This document shows, piece after piece, positions 22,987 through 35,021 of a stretch of DNA of 64,000 nt. The notes below the pieces were generated by a model that saw only the letters and a program-made list of their open reading frames with translations, searched no databases and had not been told where the DNA came from. Origin of the DNA: Phallusia mammillata (lineage: Eukaryota); the NCBI GenBank assembly GCA_965637545.1, contig OZ281494.1:15500001-15564000 (forward strand), written 5' to 3'. The stretch's first letter is position 1; each line of letters opens with the position of its first letter. The position numbers and the translations under genes are program-made.

Positions 22987-25900
22987 CTCTATTTACTTCA
23001 ACAATTGCAAAAACTATTGCTTTGATTAGGTAGGTGGTCTGTTTCTTCGCGTTTTTCTTTCAACCTCAGGGCAAAATTTCCTTTCAAAAGGTTTTTACAG
23101 AAGAAGGGTCAGCGATTGAGAAGATATCCCTGTTAACTTTAACAACTTCTCCAACTATCTTAGATTATGTAAGTGGCTATTTTTTGCTTTTTTCTTACAA
23201 TCTTGGGGCAACAGGAATCTGCTTATTAGCGAAATTAAGACGAAACGAGGACCAGACCCAAAACGCCCCGGCGCGTTTCGTTTCCGCTTAACTGCAACAT
23301 GAGATGCCAAATTGTTACTCAAATTTCCCCCTTTGGGAGTAGGAAACAGACAATGGGGGTGTGATGCAGACAAAACAGGGTGAAAGGTTGAACTTCTGCA
23401 AAAGTACATTGAAATAAAACTTACATGTTTCTAAATTTATTTGGGAACCATCAGTTTCGGGGTTGTTGTTGGCCATTCCAACTTTACAAAAATATTACAC
23501 AAGTAAACAGTTATTTTAAGCAATTAATTAAAAGTATCTATGCTTCTGACAAGCAACAATTAACAGCAGATACAACCTCCCTTATCTTCTATTGTGAACT
23601 AAACGTTTATAGTTTTGGAACACAAAAAAAATTCGATACTCTGTAAAAAGAACTTGTAGTCAATTGTAAAGCAAAGAATATTGCAGAAGTCACTCGTGGA
23701 TAGAAACACTAGGACAAGCGATAGTAACGTTTACATATAATTTCGTAGTTCCATGACCCAATGTTGTTTATTCTTTTTTGTCAGTATAAAAACAAACCAA
23801 CGGTACAACAAGTTTTTTTAACATTTACTTCTATGTACTCTAATCTTCATTAATTGTTATTATGTTGGTAGACTGTAAACAAACAGTTTGAATGTTTAAC
23901 GTATGATCATGAGTCGTATTCTTTATTACCTATACCTATCCCTATTTATATCCAACAAACAACGATGAATTATATTGTTGGCGTAGTAACCAAGGACACA
24001 TATAGGCTACGTCCTCTTGTAAGCGACGGTCATGCGTTGTTACAACACAACTAGCGATGTATTTGTTTCAGTTTCGTAATAGTATCAAGGCTTTTGTGTG
24101 GAAGTATTATCCATTTTTTTGACCATTACGTTTTTTCGTATGATTACAGTGATTTCCATTTAGACTTAAGCATCCTTAAATCATTGACCTTTTTTGAACG
24201 TCATTACTACGCAAATCAAGGTGACGTCATATCTTATTGCGACTCATTCTTGCAACAAAAAAGTACCTAAATCATGGTGACGAAAACTGTTGCGTCCCGA
24301 CTATAGTTTGAATTATTAAAGAGAAAAAAATCTCACAAAAATGCATTTGCATAGAACTCGTAGTGTCACGCAAATAAACGACTGCTTTGCGTGGAATAAA
24401 ACTGGGTATTACATCTAAACCGCAGCTCGTACGCAATACCGAGGTCCACCTTCAGGTGCCATCCGCTCGCATTGCTCGATCCATCACCGCGCTCCATCCG
24501 ATCACGTGACCATGCTGTCCACGTGCCTGTGTCGTTTAACAAAATTCTTTCGCAAGGCTCGAGGGTTTCTTTGTGCCAAGGCGGAAGACGAATGCCCGTG
24601 TTCGGTTATTAAATTTGCAAGGAAATAAGCGTCATGCAGAGGGACTTACCAATTTGAGAATTCAAAAATATACTCAACGAAGTGAAATGAAATTATCGTG
24701 ATCTGCATGTTTAAGCAATGGAGTCTTGTGAAACTGGTCAAAAAGAAGTTTCTGGCAAATAATGTGACTTTCCCAAGCAACTTTCGCAGAATATTCAAAC
24801 GACTTTTTCTTTGTAGCTCATTCTTCAAAATGAAACTGTCACGCACGCAACGTTGTCCCCTGAAATTAAATTCATTGTTCAAACATGTCTAGAAAATCCC
24901 CGAGCAGGCGTGTCACAAGGTACTGAAAGGGTTACCATTTGATCAAAGCAGGGTTCATAGTCCAATCCGTCACATGGCGACCGCGTCCACGAAATACCAA
25001 CATTACAATACAAACGAGGATGTGGAAAATGTTTTTGACTTTTTGCCCTTTGTTAAAATATATAGGGTACAGGCATACTGTTTAACAATGGTCTGCCCTA
25101 GGAGCCACTTGAATCAAAGAAAAAGCCCGTTTTCAACGCTGGTGACACTGCTACATGACTGTTGTAGCACTATACAATTTGTACATTATAGGGAACGATG
25201 TTTTGTTGTTACTAAACTGTGAAATAATACGATAGTTCTACCTTTTCAAAATGTTCAGTTTTTTTTTCAAATACAAGAAAGTATTTTAATGTAGGCAAGA
25301 TTGGCTAGATATAATGTTTCTACAATACCAGCAGGTGCCTATGTTTCGCTTGTACTTTCAAAAACAAGAAATTACAAGATCTTCTCTTTGTACTTGGATT
25401 ACGCAAAGTTCCAAACACATCAATATTTTTGGGTAGGCCACATTTCTATTCCGTATGATTACGAGAAAGGTCAATTCCTGAAACCGAAGTGTAAAAACCC
25501 AACAACAAACAGCACAATCACGTTACGCAAATTTTTCACAGATGCAAAATCCCCGCAAATTTGTGCAATATCATTGTAGACATAAGGAGAATTCGATTCA
25601 ACGTCAATTAAATTCGAACTGAATAAACGTCTACACCCTACGTAAAGAGAAGAGTTGGGTAGCGCAAACTGGGGTCCCAAAAATAGCCGGGAAGCGTCGT
25701 TCCGTGCGCACAATGACGTACAATCCTGCGTCAACGTGCTTTACGCCATCACTCAACCGTAACGGGCGTTTCTTGCCATGTCCTTGCTGCGCCCTGAGGC
25801 TGGTTGGAAAAAATCTAAGTCGGTTTTTTAGAGTAGGCCTGAGGGAAACTTCTTTCCGCGGGCAAAACGAGCTCGGTTCTTTTTACTTTTTGTGTCTAGA

Positions 25901-27664
25901 CAATGGAATGTGCATGGGGTTATGCTGAACGTCAGATGGAAAAACCGATTGGATAAGGATAAGGAAACAACATGGAAATCACATACAATATACCCTTCAC
26001 AATGCAATGTTAAAGGTGATTTACCGGACAAAAGAATGAGCCATAAAATTTTCCAATGTAACGTTCCGGTTTGAGTACCAACATAACAAACACAGCATGA
26101 TATTTGGTCCGTTATTTCGCCACAATAAGCAAAAATCCAGTCGGCAGAAAAATGTCAGGAGTTTCTTCCCTTCCAAATGTTGTCCAGTAATGATTTTTTG
26201 TTTTTCTGTGTAAAAATGTGACTACAATAGCAGTTAAGACCAAATGTGACGTTGGCCACAGAATTATGACAATCAGTTACAAATACAATACCAAATTAAC
26301 CTTGACTTGAATTACCAGATTTGAGGAAAAATTTTCCTGAAACCACAATTTTACCTGACAAGTCATGGTACATATTTTTAGTATTTATTTGTTTTATTGT
26401 GCAATAAAACAAAACGAAACAAGTGATTTATTTATAGTGTTTGCTGAGTCATGGCAGTGTTATGACAACATGGAGCTATGGAAACCAAATTGCGACAATA
26501 CTGCGACAACTTTCACTTCTTACACATTGATTTTATTTTACATTTTTATGAAGGCGGTCATAGAAATTTGCCTGATGTGTTCCATGGTGGTTTCAAAAAT
26601 GACTTTGGGGATCACATTACAAAATTGTGTAAACTTTATTTACCAAATTTGTTATTTACCAAAGAAAAGGCGTCTTGCCTTTACCTTTTTACGAAGATTT
26701 AACCCAAAAGTACGAATTCTGATTTTACGTCTACAAAAACGCGCGAAAACCGTTAGCCGGTTCTCTACTGACACCTACCGGTTATGTGTATTGATGTGAC
26801 TTCGGCGCGTCCGAAACACCGTTTTGAGATAGTTGCACTGGTGTTTAGCAATTTGACGGAAGTACATACAATGTTTTACAGATCAGCTTTTTGCATGGCC
26901 AGTTCGGTGACTTTTTGCGTCCAGAAACACCAGACGAAAACAACAACAACTTGGTCAAAAAATGCCCCTGTAAATAACAACAGTGATTTTGACCAACGGC
27001 AATGGGTTTATTTCAGTTAAAACTAAGATTCCGTGTTGCAACTCTTAAGGAGTGAACAAATCCATGGCCACAAATCCAAAATAAAAGAAAATATATATAC
27101 AACTATAGTAATTTCTTTTCACGATGGAAGAACATCATGCAAAACAACCAGCGGTGCTGCATTTCTGTAACTCTGGTTTGTTGTTTTGATGCCAACAGGC
27201 AATCTGAATCAAAATTGGATTCTTTGATAGCTTGTCTAGTGTTTCCGGCTATTGCAAGAAAGTTTTCAGGTCCACATCTTGTTGGTTCTGCATGTTTTCT
27301 TTTCAGCTATTGAATTTGCGCTGGCATTTACCACACCGGAAATATTGCACCAGTTATAAATGGTGTTCAATTGGAATGCATGTTCAGTGGCCAACTGCAA
27401 GGAGTAAGCTGACAGCTCAATAAGGTTGAAAGCAACTTTTATGCCAGAGTGTGCATGGGTGTGTAGGAGCAGAGGACTTGAAAATGCTGCAGAAAAATTG
27501 AGCCTTAATAAGGAGCAAAATAATTTCGTTGTATATCACGTTGTAATGGGGTAATTTTGTAGTACTGTGTTGAATTTTGATGTCGATCATGCCTTTTTGT
27601 GTTTATCTGTGAGGTATTTAGGAGGAAATATAGTGTTTTGCAAACTCTCTGGTGTGCGATTGAG

Positions 27665-30600
27665 ATGCAGACCCAAATCACTCCATTACTATTGCTGGTC
27701 GCATTCTGTGCGACTTTTGTTGGAGCGGGGACGTGTAAGTTGGTTTTGTTAAGTCTGTATACATGTAATAATTTTGCAGAAAAAGGTTACTGAGCTTGTA
27801 CCACAAAAGTTCCGCCACCGACTTGCAGGAGGTTTTAACTTTTATTTTTCCACATAGTTCAAAGATTGGCGGCGGACAATGGTCAGTTTCATTCTCCAGA
27901 AAATCCAAACTCCGAAATTTCTTCAACCCACCTGATAAAAACAAGACCAAACAGGCTGGTTGCTCTGCGATTCGACGTACTTGACCTCGGCCCCGACGAC
28001 AGCGTAATGGTGAGTTACAATCTAATTAACCCTAACAAGCAAAACTATAAAAAGGTACCAACCTAGAAAAGTGTTCAACTACTTTCAATATTGAAAGTAT
28101 ACGGTCTAGATTTTCGCTTGGTTTCAAAGAAAAAAAAAAATTAAAAAATATATAGTATCGTATACCTTATTATTTAATAATCACTTTTTACGCGGGCCCG
28201 GTTTTTTGTAGCATGTTACTTTTTTACTTGTTTTTAAATTCACTATTTATACTAAAAAAAACTTTTATAGAAACTATAATGTGTTTTGAAATGGCGAACA
28301 ACTTTGTAGTTTTTGAGCCAAACAAGTTACTTTCAGTTATCTTAATCAAAATGTTGCGTTTTTTTACATCTGTAACTAGAGGATTTTTTAGGAATGTCGG
28401 TGTAAATTTGTTAAACTCCAGTTTGAAAGCAAGCAGAAAATTGGCATGAGACGGGCAATCAAGCGCGCTAGGCATCCGAATTGGCCGCCCGTTAGACCGG
28501 CAGATTTAGGTGTTGCACCATACGTTTTCTTTCAGAAAATAAATTACGTGAAATTTTATTAAGCAGTGTAATCTTGTATCCCAAACAAGTCTTATTTCCA
28601 AATATCACTTTTCAAAATATTGCCCGATCTGTTTGGTTTCTTTCCATCTGAAAAAAAAAAAAATTCGTGCAAAAAACTTGATTATATAGTTACCATGAAA
28701 GTATTGGTTGATGCAATTGATTTATCTCTTTTTTTCTTCAATCATTTATGTATCCAATGAATGCTTCAAAATAACCTTTCGTTTTCCTGAAAACTGTGCA
28801 TTTTAGTCAGTTTTTCCCCTGTATGGCGGAAGCAATGTGCCAAGTGGCGTTTCGATCGAAATCAATTTGTCTACTTTTATTGTACTATTTTTGCTCATGG
28901 CGCCCCTACGTCGCTGTTTCCGAGCAATTAAAAATGCAGCTGCAAACGACCTCAAAACCCAGCTGCAAATTATCCTTATTCAGTGCTGCGCCAGATAAAC
29001 AAATTTGTTGTAAGTGACGGCCCTTCTGCATCGGATTTTTTGGAGAAATTTATATTAACTATTCGAATAAATTAATTTGTACGATTCGCAAAACTTCTAT
29101 CAAATTCGCAAAACTTTGCTTTTAATTTTTTTTTTGGAGTTAGCCTCGTGACAATTACTCAACTTGCCAAGTAGTTACAGCATTACTGACAATTTAATTT
29201 AAACCATTTGTAACAGATTCGTGATGGACGTCGGAGTACTCTATACCGCGTGTACAAGCGACAGTTGGACAGGACAATTCAATTAAGCTTTGAGGACACA
29301 GAGAGGTATGTCTTATAGTTTGGCGTTTGAAAGTTAAAGGCACCTAAAAATCTCGTTCGTACAGGTATTCTCCTGAAAGAGAACCTGAGGTGGTAGAAGA
29401 ACCAGTGCGCTTCGATTCTACTTCAGGCAGAGTGTTTGTTTCATACTACACAAGAAATTCTGGCAACAAGCGCGGATTCAGAGCAACGTACGAAAGTAAG
29501 GGGGATTTACTGAAATCTTCTATTGCTTGCTGTTTACTTTTGTATGAGTTTATTTCGCTTGGTGAAAGAACACTTAGCTACACAATTGCACTGAACAACC
29601 ACCAAGTCGGAAATAGCTGCAAAATGTTGAAACGTTAAGGAGGGCAAAATAGTAGATGCCACAATTGCTAAATTATGACTAAACGCGCTGTAGCTACACC
29701 GTAATAATACCATGTGATTGCGAAATAACCTCTAACACTCAGGTTACAATGTTTTTCTAATCTTGTATCAAACTTAAATTTCTCTTTTAACACATGAAGT
29801 CTTGTTTCTTTAGCCTATCCAAGAGGCATGTGTCAGGTTGATGACCTAAATATTAATGACCCAGCGCCAGCTTGTGACGAAATTACAATGTCGAAAGTTG
29901 CCACTAGATGCTCCCACACTTTGCGATGCCAAAGTAACTACACTACGTACGGGTAAGTAAAGCTAACTTCCAATCTGCTTACTGTTCAAATAGTCTTATT
30001 TAGCATACGGCTTGATTCAGACATGTATGTGTAAATATTATGCAAGAAAGAATAGATTTGATTGCGCTTCTATGTCATCATTTATTAAAATATCATTTGA
30101 ACTTAGACGTTGTCTGTTTGTTCCTATTGTTACTTAATGTTTGTCATGAAAACAAAGTGTGAAAATGTTTGAATACCATCTACATACTGACACCTAAAGA
30201 ACTAAAATATTTTTTAATAACTAACACTGAAAAAGCAGCAAACGTTTTTATGTGTGTTAAAATAGGTTGTGTTAAAACAATGTGTTAAATGAAAACGAAA
30301 CGATTTTCAATTACAAAGAAAACTTGCTCATTTCAGTCCCTGATAATATATTTAATACAGTTGCTAAAACTGGATAACGTTCCATCATCAGAATGTAACC
30401 CATGCCTTTGAAAACCTTAAGATTTGACACTTTGACTCTTATCGACATATTTTTCACACCAAATGACAAAAGAGCAATAACAGCCCTACTTCTAAGAACT
30501 ATTTTTAAAGGGGCGATTGTTTTGTACTGGGTTATATTTATGGTGCGAATTGTGCAGTGAAGCTGTGTGCATAGATGGTGTTTGGACAGACAACGCAGAA

Positions 30601-31735
30601 TGCCTACCAGACGAGACACTGGTCGAACAATGTTTTACCGAAGATGATGCCCTTGTAAGTCATAAATAACTCGAATCACTAAATTTGTTCAAACAAAACT
30701 CCTTGTTGTTATGCGTCATTTCTTTATTCTTTTATGTTTTAGATTTAAACTATGAAGAATTCTTTTTTAATTTCGTGCGATAAAAATTTTGAAAAAAAAC
30801 GCAAAAATACAAAACTGAAGTCCTGTACTCTCCATACAGCTTAGACCGGTGTTAAGCTGTTCCATTAAAAGATTACATAGTTGACGAAAGGGTGGGCAAC
30901 AAGATTTTAGTTAAAAAACGGTCGAGAAACGACTGGTTAAGATTACTTTCCAACCAAATTTATACATCGTATGCATCTAATAACAAGCAAAAGCCTTGTG
31001 TTGTCGATTCAATTTTTTTAATTTTATTTAACTTACCAACGGGTTGTTTTGTTTTTAGACTGATTGCGCTTTTTCAAGCAAAGAACTAATAAAGTTTTAC
31101 TCTAAAATGGAGGAGAGTAGCGAGGTGTTTGAGAACGAAGAATCCGGTTTGGGAAGATCGTTCGGATGGAGTAAAAAATGCACGGATAAAATATGCCACA
31201 AGAGAGGACACCAATACACATTGAATTGTAGGCGACGTTTTGGTAAGTGGGTTAAGTAAGTTGCTCCCCATAATGTTCCCCAAACTTTATAACTAGGACG
31301 ATTATTTTTTGACCTAAAAAATAAAACATTTTGACCAACAAATTGAAAATTTTGACAAATTTTCACGTTAAAAATTTTTGTTTACAAAAATTTGACGTAT
31401 GAAGAACTTAAAACTATAATGAATGCAAACAAAGCAAATACCGATATTTTTTGTTGTCGGGGATTACTTAGTGGTGTTATCACTGTCGTAAGTGAAACCT
31501 ATCTTTGTTAGCCTTTTCATGATTAATTCTCAGGACTTTTGCGTTTTCGGGTGTTTTGCTCAAATATGTCAAATTTATCTGTGTTTTTTTTCGATAGAAA
31601 TAATACTCATACGCAGACCATGATATAACCCTAAAGAGCCCAGTTGTTTTTGCAGCCCGGCGTCCTCGACTCAGAAGAGCTTGCATGATCTGTCGACTTA
31701 TATTTTGTGGGCGTTCGATCCAAAGTTTTGCCTAG
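27665..31735 (+). CDS. Secreted CUB + Sushi/CCP protein with acidic spacer and cationic Cys-rich C-terminus (313 aa)
   Basis: Eight exons (27665-27734, 27858-28009, 29217-29305, 29365-29495, 29814-29952, 30558-30654, 31059-31242, 31656-31735) total 942 nt in frame. Signal peptide MQTQITPLLLLVAFCATFVGA. CUB motifs GQFHSP, VALRFDVLDL, DSVMIRDG, RGFRATYE. CCP-like C..LRCQSNY..GEAVCIDGVWTDNAEC. The last exon is the least certain. Confidence 0.8.
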
Positions 31736-32152
31736 AAGGAGATGACCGGTGAATGAGAGAATGTGCATTGGTTGTAAAACTTATACTCAGTTCGTGCATG
31801 CATATAGGCTTCATTTTATCGATGGTAACCTTAATTTCGCCACTATACCAGTCAAACATACATGTATCTTTCCCATAATGTGTTTTTGTGTTTGCAAAAT
31901 ATACTGTCACTTGTAAGGTTGTGTGTTGCAGTTTATGTTGCCGTTATATGTCGGCAAAAAGCAGTGATTTTCAACTTTTTACTCGCGTACCACTTTAAGG
32001 TTTTGTACAGCGTTGGCGTACAACTTGTGCCCAGACAATCGTTGAATCGTTGAATCGTTGCTCGTATAATATATTATGAAAACAGGCTTCGTCACCACAG
32101 CCATCGTCAATACTGTACTCTTTCTTAAGTCATAGATATGTTTACCTTAAGC

Positions 32153-32467
32153 CATTGGTTCTCAAACTGTGGTACGCGTACCACTAGTGGTACGCCGGGT
32201 CTTTTCAGGTGGTACGCTAGTAGCTTTCCGTGATACCTATTTAAGTCCGATCTAAATTGCAACTTAACTACAAAACTAATCAACCCTGATGGTTTGGGCG
32301 AAACTCGTGTTTTAGACATGCTTTTGAAATTGCTAAATATGCTACCAGGTTGAGAAAATGGGCCTATTTTTAGTCTATCAATTCAAATAGGGTTTAGGTT
32401 AGATGGTATGCAGCCGTAGAAAAAGTTGTCAGGTGGTACGCGAACCGGAAAAGATTGAGAACCACTG
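32153..32467 (+). mobile_element. hAT-type MITE, second copy of family A
   Basis: Colinear with 22666-22986 (ctcaaactgtggtacgcgtaccactagtggtacgcc...aagattgagaaccactg); TSD not preserved. Confidence 0.85.
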
Positions 32468-33357
32468 CCGGATGAAAGTAATTGTAGCACAAGAAAATCT
32501 TAAGTTATTGTCTAATTATATTTTTATTTAACTTAGGTCAACTACACATGAAGTTAACTCGAAAGGCATTTGCGTCCACAGATTATTAATTATCATTGAT
32601 TAACACAGGAGTCACCAAACTTTTTTCGGGCCGGATAAGTTAAATAATGATCCGGCAAACCAAAAAATGAAAAATTACCAAGTAGAGATTTCAAACATAG
32701 TAAGAATAATTATCAAGTCAAGTTAAATGTTAAAAACAAATCTTGGGCAAATCTTTTTAACTGTCATTTACAAACAAAAACATGACACACTGGCGACTGC
32801 TACTAGAAGGTGAACATTTATCATAATGAAAAAGTCGTCAACAGTCATTATATAAGCCCAGAAATCCCAAAATGGCCCAGGCAGTTTTACTTTTATTGTT
32901 GTCCAGCACATCATAGGCTACTTTTCGGCCTTGTTTTTTGGCTTACACATATGACACTGCAAATAGTAGAACCATGTGCTTAACTTTATGAAGTAACTTG
33001 TAAACAAAATTGATCGGCAAGCAAAACGAACCCGTTTGCTACCCTCTGTGCGTCACTGTACTATTTTTACACCCTCAAGGCTAAATAACGAAGCAAGCGG
33101 CGGTGGCATTGGTCGCTCTTATCCATCTAACGACGATGTTTTGTTGCAATTAACGGGATTAACTACGTACGGAAAACAGACGTCTCAGGTTGTGTTTGAC
33201 TAATTTTTTGCAGTCGAAACTTTTTTATTTTTAATGCAACATGTGACGAACAGCGACTGGTGTATTTTTAGCTTCACCGTTTTTTTGCGGTATAAAAGTA
33301 AAGGAGTGTACCCAATGTGCAGCAATCCACTGAAACAGAGATAGACAAATATTTGAG

Positions 33358-34994
33358 ATGAAATACACAGAGGCGGCTGCAACGTTTTTGTTGGTTGGAT
33401 TTTTCTTCGGAGTCTGTACACAAGGTATGGTGGAAAAATTCAAGCAAGTAAAATTAAAGAGTGAAAAAAAAATTAAACGTGAATTTGCAAATGCCTAAAA
33501 GTGATATATATTCTGATTTTGTTTTAAGTTTAATATTTAAATAATGGTATGGCACAAACTGTAACAAATCCTCGTTGATATTTTTGCCTTGATATTTTTT
33601 TTAAGGATAACGTGGTTACTTATATGTTTTTTTTTAGCTTGCCACATTCCGACCCATGTTGCGAAAAGGGAAACCAGCACACAGACAGCAGAGGAGCAGG
33701 CCATAGAACTGATTGAAACATTTTTTCCTCCTTGTCTGACTACTGAAACTGAGTTTGACGGGGTAGATTACAGCAGTGTGGTCGCATTCTTTGTGGAGTT
33801 TTCGATATGGTATCAGATTTCAACAGAAGTGTACTGCAGGTATACGCACATTCCACATAACTTTGCAGCGACATAGTCGCACGATTTGGTTCTATCGAAC
33901 TCGCGTTACAAGACCCCGTTTGGGAACTGCTAAAAAACAAAAACCGCCCATGATTATATGGTGTGAAGCTATTAGCATTGCTGTTGCACAATAAACATTG
34001 TCAACCAAGATAACCTACTGTAATAGAAATCGCTAATTTATATCGTCTGCAGTGGAACTAACGACACAGTTGAATGCTGGAGCTGGCGCCTGCAAGATGT
34101 TCTTCGAGGCGGTAGCATTCAACTAGCTGCAGCGAAAGAGTGTGTAAAACAATTCTTTTTCTATGCAAACTTCGGTCTGAAAGGTTTGTTAGTTGAAAAA
34201 TATGCATATCTAAAGCAGGCCAATAACAGATCTGCCGAAGGTTTCCTTCCATTTATTTAGGACTTAAAGGGTTAACTGAACTTAATCATACCCAAACTGA
34301 ATTGGACGTCAGAACTGAAGTTGGTCCTGTTGTAGTAAAGTTAATGACCGCTAAATGAATTTAGGCGACCAATATACGACAAAGCAATTTTCCTACGTGT
34401 TTCAAGTTAGATTAACATACACTTCTTTTACCATAAGTCTACATTCTTTGTAGAAGGTACGAGGTTTGAGGTACCGAAGGAAAGCGAAACTTACACAGAT
34501 CAAGTGAACAACGTTGACTGCCCGGACCGCACAGTGGAAAAATATAATCTATGTGTCGAGAACTACCTTTTAAAGTACCAGGACACAGTAAACCCAATAC
34601 CGAATTTCACATCAGTTTTGGGCTTCGTGGAAAACAAAGTACAATGCGGGTAGGATATATTTGTTACATTGGAGTCAGTACAATATGTTGTAAAATTTAG
34701 GTTGGACAAAATGCAATGTGTAAGTTGTGTGTTTTGAAAGCAACTTAACCAAATCCTCCATTTAGGACGGATAACTGCAACTGTGGGGAAGTGCTAAGCA
34801 AGGATCAAGACTTCCAATCTTATTTTGAGAGCAAAAGCCTTAACTGCGACAGTTGCTGGTCAACACGACTTGGAGGATTGGTTGAAACGGATACGTTGCT
34901 CAACGCGGCAACTAAGGAGTGCGCTGCGATGCTTCAAGATAGACTCACTACTGATCGAATTTCTCCAAGGTTGGCAACTGACTTGAAATTGTAA
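33358..34994 (+). CDS. Uncharacterised secreted Cys-rich protein with an internal two-fold repeat (274 aa)
   Basis: TATAAAA at 33291. Exons 33358-33424, 33638-33839, 34053-34183, 34454-34649 and 34766-34994 total 825 nt in frame. Signal peptide MKYTEAAATFLLVGFFFGVCTQA. AATAAA at ~35012. Confidence 0.8.
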
Positions 34995-35021
34995 TCGTAT
35001 GCTGTTTTACAAATAAAATAT

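Noticed and set aside
13613-27600. Many 60-140-aa ORFs in the track
   Set aside because: No recognisable motifs or consistent exon chains, and most use alternative starts. Non-coding transcripts cannot be excluded.
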